Below are positions 16,023-24,198 of a stretch of DNA of 32,000 nucleotides, one piece after another. This stretch comes from Pyrobaculum calidifontis JCM 11548 (GTDB lineage: Archaea > Thermoproteota > Thermoprotei > Thermoproteales > Thermoproteaceae), in contig NC_009073.1 of assembly GCF_000015805.1 (NCBI RefSeq), forward strand, positions 570,001-602,000, read 5' to 3'. Position numbers and translations under genes: made by a program. The stretch's first letter is position 1. Each line of letters starts with the position of its first letter. A model generated the notes under the pieces. It did no database searches and was not told the DNA's origin. It was given only the letters and a program-made list of their open reading frames with translations.

Positions 16023-16547
16023 TTATCGCACCCTCCTGTGCCGGTACTGGATGTGGGGGAGCGTCCTCATTACTTCGAATGTCAGGTTGGAGAGCTGATT
16101 CATGAGCTTTGCCGCCGTGCTATCTAGTGATACAGCACGGCGCTCGGCCCACCGAATCCACACCCTGGCCTCGTCTACTGCTGAGCACTCTGGCGACGAG
16201 CAGGCCAGCCACGCCCTGAGGGGCTCGGGGGGCGCAATTGTATAGGCCAGCTTCAACGCGCGGCGGTATAGCTCGTAGGCTGTGTCTAAGTACTCGGGCT
16301 TGCCGGTGGCGAGGTAGAAGCCTAGCTCCATCAGCGAGAAGGCCACGAGGCGCATGATGCGGCTCTGCGGCCGTTGCAGGAGGTTCGCCGCCTTGTGGCT
16401 GTACGCCACTGCGGTGTCCAAGGCGCCGAAGAGCTTGACCACTGGATCGTCCTTCCTAGCTGGCCTGGCCTCCCCCTTCCAAAACACAGTGGTGTCTCCA
16501 GAGTCGCCGGGGCAGCGCATCCACAGTAGGCAAGGCTTAATGAGCAC
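16023..16547 (-). CDS. PduO-type ATP:cob(I)alamin adenosyltransferase
   Basis: PGDSGDTTVF..G.ARPARKDDPVVKLFGALD matches the PduO-type N-terminal ATP-binding motif. The start is uncertain. Options are GTG 16547 (22 nt from the TATA box centre), ATG 16520, or the ORF-track ATG 16625, which adds about 30 non-homologous residues. Confidence 0.7.
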   Translation of the reverse strand: MLIKPCLLWMRCPGDSGDTTVFWKGEARPARKDDPVVKLFGALDTAVAYSHKAANLLQRPQSRIMRLVAFSLMELGFYLATGKPEYLDTAYELYRRALKLAYTIAPPEPLRAWLACSSPECSAVDEARVWIRWAERRAVSLDSTAAKLMNQLSNLTFEVMRTLPHIQYRHRRVR

Positions 16548-16562
16548 TATACTTTCCCCATC

Positions 16563-16575
16563 TTTAAATATAAAT
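16563..16575. promoter_or_regulatory. A/T box TTTAAATATAAAT, equidistant from a minus-strand GTG and a plus-strand C box
   Basis: The centre (~16569) is 22 nt from GTG 16547 on the minus strand. It is also 22 nt from the GTGATGA at 16591 on the plus strand. Confidence 0.45.
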
Positions 16576-16590
16576 GCATCGTTTGGAATA

Positions 16591-16640
16591 GTGATGAGGC
16601 CGCTGAGCGTTGAGTCGTGACGCATTTTTCAGCCGGCTGA
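16591..16640 (+). ncRNA. candidate C/D box sRNA in the adenosyltransferase/prpB divergent spacer
   Basis: The sequence reads GTGATGA-GGCCGCTGAGCG-TTGA-GTC-GTGACGC-ATTTTTCAGCCGG-CTGA. This gives perfect C and D boxes, D' at 3/4 and C' at 5/7, guides of 12 and 13 nt, and 50 nt from box to box. A TATA box sits at the right distance upstream. Confidence 0.4.
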
Positions 16641-16749
16641 CTCCCGCCTTAGTCGCAATTTTGACGAGTTGCAGTTATCGGTCTTTATCTTCTACGTGTG
16701 GGCCCCGTTGCCTTTATCAATGTTTATAATGTGGCGCAGTTGAAGGGCT

Positions 16750-17670
16750 ATGATTGTTAAGAAAGGGAGGGTGGATGGGGCTAGGCTTCTCCGCGAGGAG
16801 CTCTCTAGGCCTGGCATTGTCCTCGTGCCGGGTGTGTTTAACGCGCTTACGGCTCTCATGGCCCAGAGCCTCGGGTTTAAGGCGGTGTATGTGTCAGGCG
16901 CCGCCGTCACTGCTTCAATGGCGTTGCCAGACCTCGGCTTAATTACGATGGACGAGATGGTGAAGACGGTGAAGTATATAACAGATGCGGTTGATATACC
17001 GGTTATAGTGGACATAGACACCGGATACGGGGAGGCGTTGAACGTGATGAGGGCTGTCCGGGAGTTTGAGGCAGTTGGCGCGGCGGGGGTTCAGCTGGAG
17101 GACCAGGTATTGCCCAAGAAGTGCGGCCACTTGACGGGGAAGGCGCTGATACCCCCCGACGAGATGGCAAAGAAGATAAAGGCCGCTGTCGAGGCGAGGA
17201 GGAACCCCGATTTTGTCATCATTGCTAGGACAGACGCGGCTAATGTAACAGGGTTTGAAGACGCGGTGCAACGCGCCCAGCTCTACTTAGAGGCCGGCGC
17301 CGATGTGATATTCCCAGAGGCGCTCCGCACGGAGGACGAGTTTAGGGAATTTGCGAAGAGGGTTAAGGCGCCTCTTTTGGCCAACATGACAGAGTTCGGC
17401 GTGTCGCCGCTTATCCCAGCCAAGAAGTTGGAAGAGTTCGGCTACAAGTTTGTGATATTCCCAGTCACGGCGCTTAGGGTGGCCATGTACGCCATTAGGG
17501 AGGTGTTTAAGACAATACTCGCCGAGGGCACTCAAGTGGCGTGGCTCGACAAAATGTTCACAAGGAAGGAGCTCTACGAGTTGATAAGGTACTACGACTA
17601 TGAAAAACTGGACAGAGAAATAGCCGAGAGCGTAGACCGCCTCATAAGAGATAAAAAGGCGGTCCGTTAA
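16750..17670 (+). CDS. prpB: 2-methylisocitrate lyase (isocitrate lyase/PEP mutase superfamily)
   Basis: It has the KKCGH catalytic loop, DIDTGYG, IIARTDA and EAGADVIFPEA. The TATA box GTTTATAAT lies 24 nt upstream of the ATG. Confidence 0.85.
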   Translation: MIVKKGRVDGARLLREELSRPGIVLVPGVFNALTALMAQSLGFKAVYVSGAAVTASMALPDLGLITMDEMVKTVKYITDAVDIPVIVDIDTGYGEALNVMRAVREFEAVGAAGVQLEDQVLPKKCGHLTGKALIPPDEMAKKIKAAVEARRNPDFVIIARTDAANVTGFEDAVQRAQLYLEAGADVIFPEALRTEDEFREFAKRVKAPLLANMTEFGVSPLIPAKKLEEFGYKFVIFPVTALRVAMYAIREVFKTILAEGTQVAWLDKMFTRKELYELIRYYDYEKLDREIAESVDRLIRDKKAVR

Positions 17671-17676
17671 GAGGCC

Positions 17677-19038
17677 ATGGACAGAGTTACGAAAACACTT
17701 GCCGAATATACGGCGTATATTGATTTCTCCAAGGTTCCCGCCGAGACTCGGCATGAGGTAAAGAGGAGGATCATTGACTCGGCGGCAGTTGCCTTCGCGG
17801 CGTACACCAGCGAGCCCGTAGCTCTTGCAAGGAGAGCGGCGTCTAGGTTCCCCACGGCCGAGGGGGCTAGGATCTTGGGCACTCGTTACAAGGTCTCTCC
17901 CGACTGGGCCACCTTTGTCAACGGCCTTATGATACGCTACCACGACTTCAACGACACATACCTCTCTAAGGAGCCGCTTCACCCAAGTGACCTCATTGGA
18001 GCCGCCCTCTCTGTGGGCGACTACGTGGGCGCGCGGGGCACGGACTTGATAACGGCCGTGGCCTTAGGCTACGAGGCCTCAGTCACTTTCTGCGACGGGG
18101 GGACGCTTAGGAAGAGGGGCTGGGACCACGTGAACTTCCTCGGCATAGGTAGCCTACTGGCCTCGGCCAAGTTGCTAGGCCTAGACGTGGTTAAGACGCA
18201 ACACGCGTTGGCCATATACGCAGTGCCCCACGCCGCGATGCGCCAGACTAGGGTTGGCGAGTTGTCCATGTGGAAGGGCGCCGCGGCGGCTAACTCCAGC
18301 AGAAACGCCGTCTTTGCGGCGCTGTTGGCCAAGGAGGGCTTTACAGGGCCTTACAAGCCCTTTGAGGGAGAGATGGGGTTCTTCAAGCAGTTGTTACAGG
18401 GGGACTTCGACCTCTCTGTGTTAAAGAGACTGGAGGAGCTACAGCCGCCCCGCAGAATCCTAGACACATACATCAAGCCCTACCCCGTGGAGTACCACGC
18501 CCAGACGGCCGTGGAGGCGGCGCTTAAGCTCAGGGAGAAGGTGAGGCTAGACGAGATTGAGAAGGTTAGGATAGACACGTACGAGGCGGCGTACACGATC
18601 ATTGGGCCAAAGGATCCTGAGAAGTGGGACCCCCACACCAAGGAGACGGCCGACCACTCCATCATGTGGGTCACCGCCGCCGCCCTCGTGTGGGGCCCCA
18701 TCAAGATTGAGCACTACCGCGACATTAGAAACCCAGCGGTACTCTCCCTAATGAAAAAGATGGAAGTCAACCTAGACCCCGAGTTAGACAAGCTCTATCC
18801 ACAAGCCTTCCCCACCGTCATTACAGTTGTGACAAAGAGCGGCTCTAAATACACCGAAAGAGTCGACTACGCAAAGGGCCACCCCAAGAACCCAATGACA
18901 GACGCCGAGCTAGAGCAGAAATTCAACGAGCTAACACAAGGCATACTCCCCGACGAAGTTAGAAAAAGAGCCCTAGACATCATGTGGAACCTAGAGAAAT
19001 ACTCAGTTGCCGATCTTCTAGAGGCCCTCGCCGTATAA
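17677..19038 (+). CDS. prpD: 2-methylcitrate dehydratase (MmgE/PrpD family)
   Basis: The full-length 453-aa protein follows the PrpD pattern (IDSAAVAFAA, HPSD, KPYPVEYHAQTAVEAAL). It starts 6 nt after prpB. Confidence 0.85.
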   Translation: MDRVTKTLAEYTAYIDFSKVPAETRHEVKRRIIDSAAVAFAAYTSEPVALARRAASRFPTAEGARILGTRYKVSPDWATFVNGLMIRYHDFNDTYLSKEPLHPSDLIGAALSVGDYVGARGTDLITAVALGYEASVTFCDGGTLRKRGWDHVNFLGIGSLLASAKLLGLDVVKTQHALAIYAVPHAAMRQTRVGELSMWKGAAAANSSRNAVFAALLAKEGFTGPYKPFEGEMGFFKQLLQGDFDLSVLKRLEELQPPRRILDTYIKPYPVEYHAQTAVEAALKLREKVRLDEIEKVRIDTYEAAYTIIGPKDPEKWDPHTKETADHSIMWVTAAALVWGPIKIEHYRDIRNPAVLSLMKKMEVNLDPELDKLYPQAFPTVITVVTKSGSKYTERVDYAKGHPKNPMTDAELEQKFNELTQGILPDEVRKRALDIMWNLEKYSVADLLEALAV

Positions 19039-19094
19039 TACGCCGCAAACTCTCACTTTTTCTTTAGATTTAGATTACGGGATTTTTTAGCCTC

Positions 19095-20057
19095 CTATTT
19101 TGATGCTTTCCAGTCGACGAGGCTGTGGATGGGCTTTCCCTTTAGCTTCATCACGTAGGCTGTAGCCGAGAGCGCGGCTGCGACGCCCATAGCTGCGGAA
19201 ATGACCGCTTGTTTGTAGGGGTATGCCACTATGTCGCCTGCGGCGAAGACGCCGGGTGTCTTGGTCTTCCCCTCCCAGTCGGCAATTATCTCTCCCCTCT
19301 CGTTTAAGTCGACTAGGTGGCGCACGAAATCGCTCTTGGTGACGTAGCCCACTTCGACGAAGACTGCGGCGACGGGGAGCTCCTGGACTTCGCCTGTCTT
19401 CTTGTTTCTTACGACCACGGCCCTCACCTTTGTGTCGCCCTTTATCTCCACTACCTCGCTGTTTGGGACAAAGACGGCCTTCCCTAGCCTCTTGGTCTGT
19501 TCTATGAACTCGTCGTCGTGTATAGGCTTGTCGGATGGGTAGATCCAGTAGAACTTGTTGGCCACTGAGGAGAGGATTGTCACAGGCTCTCTCGCCAAGT
19601 CGCCCCAGCTCACCAGTGCCACGTCTTGGCCTTTGAAGAACGGCGCGTCGCAGATTGTGCAGTATGAGACGCCCTTGTTTTTGAACTTGCTCTCCCCCGG
19701 CACTCCCAGCTCCTTTGGCGTTTTTCCAAAGGCTAAGATGACGGCGAGGGCCTTGTACTCGTCGCCGCCTTCTGTCTTTATGACGAAGACGTCTCCGCTT
19801 TTCTCCACCGTCTTCACTTCGTCGAATATTATCTCGGCGCCGAAGGCGCGGGCCTGTTGCTCCACGCGCTTTGCGAGCTCTGGGCCTGAGATCTTCGGAA
19901 TTGCTGGATAGTTCTCTATAAGGGTAGTCATGTTCAACTGGCCCCCTAAGTCTTTGCTCACCACGAGGGTCTTTAACCTCTGCCGCGCGGCGTAAAGCGC
20001 CGCGGAGAGGCCGGCGATTCCGGCGCCTATTATCACTACGTCGTAGTCCACCTCCAT
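19095..20057 (-). CDS. thioredoxin-reductase-like flavoprotein disulfide oxidoreductase lacking the NAD(P)H-binding motif
   Basis: It has the FAD motif GAGIAG, the redox-active CTIC (CxxC) and GVFAAGD. Where TrxR has VxVIGGGxSA and HRR, this protein has VALVSWGDLA and YPSDKP. Confidence 0.8.
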   Translation of the reverse strand: MEVDYDVVIIGAGIAGLSAALYAARQRLKTLVVSKDLGGQLNMTTLIENYPAIPKISGPELAKRVEQQARAFGAEIIFDEVKTVEKSGDVFVIKTEGGDEYKALAVILAFGKTPKELGVPGESKFKNKGVSYCTICDAPFFKGQDVALVSWGDLAREPVTILSSVANKFYWIYPSDKPIHDDEFIEQTKRLGKAVFVPNSEVVEIKGDTKVRAVVVRNKKTGEVQELPVAAVFVEVGYVTKSDFVRHLVDLNERGEIIADWEGKTKTPGVFAAGDIVAYPYKQAVISAAMGVAAALSATAYVMKLKGKPIHSLVDWKASK

Positions 20058-20076
20058 GTGGGGGAGTCGATGGGTG

Positions 20077-20107
20077 TTTTTAAAGATGAATGAAAAAGGT
20101 TTTAAAC
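20077..20107. promoter_or_regulatory. divergent promoter pair (TrxR-like gene / S19 operon)
   Basis: TTTTTAAAG (20077-20085) lies about 24 nt from the minus-strand ATG at 20057. TTTTAAAC (20100-20107) lies about 26 nt from the plus-strand ATG at 20130. Confidence 0.5.
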
Positions 20108-20129
20108 ACTGCCTATTGAGCTTTCTTCG

Positions 20130-20606
20130 ATGTCTTCAAAGGAGGCGGAGGCGCAGAAGGGGAAGCAGGGGTGGATTACGCCAACTGTAATTCCGCCCGA
20201 GGAGTGGGGCAGCTTTAGGTACAGGGGCAAGACCTTAGAGGAGCTTTTAAACATGCCTATGGACGAGTTTATAAAGCTCCTGCCTGCGCGGCAACGGAGG
20301 AGCTTGAAGCGTGGCCTTAAGCCTGAGCACAGGAAGCTCCTTGAGAAAATCCGCAAGGCCAAAAGGCTGATGGCGCAGGGCAAGAAGGTGACAATAAAGA
20401 CGCACTGCAGGGACATGATTATACTGCCCGAGATGGTGGGTCTCACGATACATGTGTACAACGGCATTACCTACATCCCGGTGTTCATATCGCCGTGGCA
20501 CATCGGCCACTACCTAGGCGAATTTGCACTTACGACGAGGATTGTGCAACACGGCGAGCCGGGTCTAAAGGCCACTAGGTCATCTCTACACATCGCGGCG
20601 AAGTAG
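20130..20606 (+). CDS. rps19p: 30S ribosomal protein S19P (uS19)
   Basis: [34 protein letters not shown] is the uS19 core. The N-terminal extension resembles eukaryotic S15. Confidence 0.9.
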   Translation: MSSKEAEAQKGKQGWITPTVIPPEEWGSFRYRGKTLEELLNMPMDEFIKLLPARQRRSLKRGLKPEHRKLLEKIRKAKRLMAQGKKVTIKTHCRDMIILPEMVGLTIHVYNGITYIPVFISPWHIGHYLGEFALTTRIVQHGEPGLKATRSSLHIAAK

Positions 20607-20607
20607 T

Positions 20608-21051
20608 ATGACAGTCGTAAAGCTACAGTCTAGGCCAAAGGTTGGCGACGTTGTTACACTTCCAGACGGCAAAAAGGTGGAGGTGAAGAACATCGGCGTG
20701 CCCTACGTCTTGCCTCCGGCGGCTGTGTGCGACGACCCGCTCTGTCCCTGGCACGGCCACCTTAAGATAAGGCTGAAGCTCCTCGAGGTGACGGTGGAGA
20801 AGGTTAGGATGCACAAGGCAGCGGTAGTCACACACGAGTGGGTGCACTACCTGCCTAAGTACAACAGGTATGAGAGGCGGCGGAGGAGGATGAGGGTCAG
20901 GGTGCCCGAGTGCATAGAGGTTAAGCCCGGCGACAAGGTGATAATCGCCGAGACGCGCCCGCTGTCAAAAACCATCGCGTGGGTGGTAATAGGGAAGAAG
21001 GAAGACGTGGTTGAGTGGAAGGCGAAGCACGAGACTCTGCCAAGTGTCTAA
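20608..21051 (+). CDS. rps17p: 30S ribosomal protein S17P (uS17)
   Basis: It has CDDPLCPWHG, KYNRYERRRRR and GDKVIIAETRPLSKTIAWVV. It starts 1 nt after the S19 stop. Confidence 0.9.
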   Translation: MTVVKLQSRPKVGDVVTLPDGKKVEVKNIGVPYVLPPAAVCDDPLCPWHGHLKIRLKLLEVTVEKVRMHKAAVVTHEWVHYLPKYNRYERRRRRMRVRVPECIEVKPGDKVIIAETRPLSKTIAWVVIGKKEDVVEWKAKHETLPSV

Positions 21052-21688
21052 TGCGGTAGTCCTAGTAGATACGCGAGAACACGCGTCCCCAGTCCTCAGA
21101 GCGATTAAGGAGACCGGCTGTGGCGTAGTTAAGACAAAGCTGGAGGTGGGGGACTACGTCGCCGGCCACTACGTCTTTGAGCGAAAGAGCGCTTCCGACT
21201 TTGTAAACTCGATAATCGACGGGAGGCTCTTCGACCAGGCGGAGAGACTGAAGGCGTCGGGGCTGAAGCCGCTAGTTGTAATAGAGGGCGACCTCTGGGC
21301 GGAGCTGGAGTTTAGGAAGATATCTCCCAATGCCGTCTTAGGCGCACAGCTGGGTCTCTACGCCATGGGCGTGGGAGTGGTCTATGTGAGAGACGAGTCG
21401 CAGACGGGGGCTCTCGTTTGTCTGGCGGCCAAGAAGGGGCAGGGGGGCGTAAAAGTGCCAAGCGTGAAGAAGAGCGTCGACGTGAAGAGGCTTCAAATAG
21501 TCTTCCTTTCCTCGCTTCCCGGCGTAGGGCCAAGGCGAGCCGAGGAATTGCTGAGGCGGTACGGCTCGCCGTTGAACGCCCTGCTGAACTACAAGTCGTG
21601 GGACATCGACACCAAGAGACACGCCTTAATTAAGCGCGTGCTAGAGACGCCCTACGGCGACAACTCGTCGCTTGACAAATTCCTATAA
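21044..21688 (+). CDS. xpf: XPF/ERCC4-type structure-specific endonuclease, short crenarchaeal form (nuclease plus HhH2)
   Basis: The ERCC4 motif is GDYV....FERKSASDFVNSIIDGRLFDQ, and the C-terminal helix-hairpin-helix is LPGVGPRRAEELL. I chose GTG 21044 as the start, overlapping the S17 end by 8 nt. The ORF-track TTG at 21011 is the alternative. Confidence 0.8.
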   Translation: MSNAVVLVDTREHASPVLRAIKETGCGVVKTKLEVGDYVAGHYVFERKSASDFVNSIIDGRLFDQAERLKASGLKPLVVIEGDLWAELEFRKISPNAVLGAQLGLYAMGVGVVYVRDESQTGALVCLAAKKGQGGVKVPSVKKSVDVKRLQIVFLSSLPGVGPRRAEELLRRYGSPLNALLNYKSWDIDTKRHALIKRVLETPYGDNSSLDKFL

Positions 21689-22746
21689 TCCCAACGCCAC
21701 TCGAGGCCCAAGTCCAGTTTACCTAGTTGACACGGCGGGGGGCTTTCAAGCACTTTCCTAAAAGATTTGGCAAGCGGCGTAATTACTCTAGTGGTCCCAA
21801 CCACGTCCACTAACGCGAAGAAGGGCTGGTACCCCATGCCCCACTCATAACCATGTAGAAAACTCCACCAAAACACGGCCACAGGCTTTACCCTCTGGAA
21901 GATGTTCGCCATGGCACATAAGTATTGAAGCCTGAGCTCCTCGTCCCTCGTCGCAATTCCAAACTCAGTGACGGCAAGCGGCGTAGGGGCCTTCACTCGG
22001 CCAAGCTCCTCAGGTTCCAGCACGTAGGTGAGAGCGAGATCCTTGAATTTTCCCACGACGTAGTAGTTTATCGCCGTGTAGTCCATTTCTCTAAACATGT
22101 CCATGTACTGCCGGTGCCCCTCCAGCGCGTACGTCACAGGTCTAAGGAGCGGAGACGCACGGATTTTCGTATATGAGAAAGTGAAAGTTGTGGGTATGCC
22201 GTACTGCTTTAACACGTCCCTAGCCTCGGCTATGGCCGCGTTTATGACAGCCTGAGCTCTTCTCCAGTGCTTGACCGCTAGGAAGCCGTAGGGGGGCAAG
22301 TCGCCCCTGATGTACGCCAAATAGGCGTATGTGTTAGGCTCGTTGAATATTAGGGCCACGTCGATGAGGTCCCCCAGCTCCCTAGCCACGAGATCCACGT
22401 AGCTGAGAAACCTCTTAGCCACCTCTCTCGACTCCCAGCCGCCCCACTTCCACACCCAGCGGGGATTAGTAAAATGGTGCAGAGTCACCCACAGCTTGAG
22501 CCCACGCGACTTGGCCGAGGAGAGATACGTCCTGAAGAGCTTTACGGTCTCTCCGTCGTACACGGCCTCCCGAGGCTCTAGGAGGCCCCACTCCACGCCG
22601 GTCCTAAAGGCGTCTAGCCCAATCCCCCGGGCTATGTCTAAGTCCTCCTCGTAGAAGAGGAAGTGTTGCGCCCCCCTTTCGTCGGGCAGATCGCAGCGGC
22701 AAAAGCCGAAGTGCTGATACGGCGAAACGGCGGCGCCTATTAACAC
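21652..22746 (-). CDS. glycoside hydrolase family 1-like protein (short, 364 aa)
   Basis: It has GAAVSPYQHFG (cf. GxAxSAYQxEG), the acid/base motif IFNEPN and the nucleophile motif VTEFG (cf. ITENG). It is about 100 aa shorter than typical GH1 enzymes. Its GTG start shares 1 nt with the upstream stop. Confidence 0.7.
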   Translation of the reverse strand: MLIGAAVSPYQHFGFCRCDLPDERGAQHFLFYEEDLDIARGIGLDAFRTGVEWGLLEPREAVYDGETVKLFRTYLSSAKSRGLKLWVTLHHFTNPRWVWKWGGWESREVAKRFLSYVDLVARELGDLIDVALIFNEPNTYAYLAYIRGDLPPYGFLAVKHWRRAQAVINAAIAEARDVLKQYGIPTTFTFSYTKIRASPLLRPVTYALEGHRQYMDMFREMDYTAINYYVVGKFKDLALTYVLEPEELGRVKAPTPLAVTEFGIATRDEELRLQYLCAMANIFQRVKPVAVFWWSFLHGYEWGMGYQPFFALVDVVGTTRVITPLAKSFRKVLESPPPCQLGKLDLGLEWRWDYRNLSSDELSP

Positions 22747-23171
22747 TACCTCAGTATTAAGACGGAGGTGTTGGCCGCGATAGCGACGGCCACCGAGGTG
22801 CTGTTGTACAGAAGAGCAGAGGCACCGTAGTAGCCCCTCGAGAGGAGGATAACCATGTCGTAGTTGCTCTCCGACAGCTCTTTCACAATCTCTGAAGCGA
22901 CGGTCTCCATCTCCCCCATCCTTCTGACTTTGAAGAAGTATCTCACGCCCCTCTTCGACATAAACTCGTCGACGGCCCTCTTTAGCTCTTCGGCGGAGGG
23001 GTCGTCCTCGCGGGGGGTCACGTATAGGAAGACCACCTCGGCGCCGTACCTCTCCGCGAAGTCTGACGCCACGCTGAGGACTTCCCTCAGCCTAGCGGCG
23101 CCCATGGGCGACACTGGCACTAGTATCCGCCTGAACTTGTAGGCAAGCTCGTAGTACGGCTCGTCAGGCAT
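22746..23171 (-). CDS. universal stress protein (UspA family)
   Basis: RILVPVS at the N-terminus and the C-terminal [15 protein letters not shown] fit the Usp alpha/beta fold pattern. Its start overlaps the gap gene end by 8 nt. Confidence 0.75.
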   Translation of the reverse strand: MPDEPYYELAYKFRRILVPVSPMGAARLREVLSVASDFAERYGAEVVFLYVTPREDDPSAEELKRAVDEFMSKRGVRYFFKVRRMGEMETVASEIVKELSESNYDMVILLSRGYYGASALLYNSTSVAVAIAANTSVLILR

Positions 23172-24198
23172 AGCGCTTCCCCTCAGTGAAGAGCTTAAGC
23201 GACTTGTCAGTCTTCTCTATGGACTGCCACTTGGGCAATACGCCTAGCGCGGCTCTTATGGCGTCTACATTCTCAGGCACTACTATTGACTCTTGGTGCA
23301 CGCCGTACATTAGGTACAGCTCGTCCCCCCTCACAGTGACAGAGTCTCTGAAGACTGCCACCTCTGGGAAGTCGCCCCTCGGCCTCCCCAGATCTCTGGC
23401 GTATTCAATGAACTGCGCCAAGCTCTGGAAGCCCGACCCCACGTCGGCGAGGAATATACGCGGCGTTTTAGCAAAGGCCTCCAAGACCTCGTCCCGGCTC
23501 CTGGGACCGTCCAGCTCTATGTAAGCCATGTGCATGTGCATAATTGTCACAGGCACGGCCACGGCCATTGTGACTATGTCCACGTCCTTAAGCACAGTCT
23601 GCACGTCGGGCCCGTGGTGGCTCGGCACAGCGGTTGGGTTTGGAACAACGTCGTTGATGGGGCCCTTCTTGTGCTCCTTGGGGTCGGCTCCCCTCCTAGC
23701 TATGAAAATCCTAGCCTTCCTAATCCCAATCCCATTCAACAGAAGCGCGGAGAGGACGCGCGTAATGCCGGTGGTGTTGCAGCTCACAACGCGTATGTAC
23801 CTCTTCCCCCTCGCCTCGTCGTAGTTGGCCAAGGCGTTGAAGCTGACCTCTGCCACATCTGCCTCCTCGCCGCCTTGGAATATGTACCTCTTATCCAGTT
23901 GCCGGTAGTACTTCTCCTTGTTCTCTCTGCCAACGTCCTCTGGAGAGGCGTCTACCACGACGTCTGAGGCCTTCACCAAGTCTTCCACAGTGCCCGCCAC
24001 CTCGATGCCAGCCTTTTTGAACTTCTCCACTCTGTCGGCCGCGGTGTACACCGGGAACCCCCTGGCGGCGGCTATTTTAGCCTCGTAGTCCGGGGTCATC
24101 TTCACGACGCCCACGACCCTCATGTCGTCTTGCAACGCAACGGCGTCGGCTATCCTCTTCCCTATTGTGCCGTAGCCCACTACGCCGACCTTAATCAT
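23164..24198 (-). CDS. gap: glyceraldehyde-3-phosphate dehydrogenase, archaeal type
   Basis: It has the N-terminal [12 protein letters not shown] Rossmann motif and the catalytic VSCNTTG. I chose ATG 24196-24198 as the start; it forms ATGA with the pgk stop. The ORF-track start at 24204 is a TTG two codons upstream. Confidence 0.9.
   Translation of the reverse strand: MIKVGVVGYGTIGKRIADAVALQDDMRVVGVVKMTPDYEAKIAAARGFPVYTAADRVEKFKKAGIEVAGTVEDLVKASDVVVDASPEDVGRENKEKYYRQLDKRYIFQGGEEADVAEVSFNALANYDEARGKRYIRVVSCNTTGITRVLSALLLNGIGIRKARIFIARRGADPKEHKKGPINDVVPNPTAVPSHHGPDVQTVLKDVDIVTMAVAVPVTIMHMHMAYIELDGPRSRDEVLEAFAKTPRIFLADVGSGFQSLAQFIEYARDLGRPRGDFPEVAVFRDSVTVRGDELYLMYGVHQESIVVPENVDAIRAALGVLPKWQSIEKTDKSLKLFTEGKRYA

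Noticed and set aside
17216-17222. Isolated perfect C-box heptamers (RTGATGA) at 17216-17222 (-), 11531-11537 (-), 12326-12332 (-), 17044-17050 (+) and 25348-25354 (+).
   Set aside because: No CTGA occurs 30-45 nt downstream of any of them, and all lie inside or antisense to coding sequence. The count (8 including the two candidates) matches the random expectation.
19110-19154. A third C/D-like element on the minus strand at the 3' end of the TrxR-like gene: GTGATGA followed 34 nt later by CTGG.
   Set aside because: The D box is CUGG rather than CUGA and so lacks the A needed for the k-turn. The internal boxes are unrecognisable, and the C box is simply the codons V-M-K.
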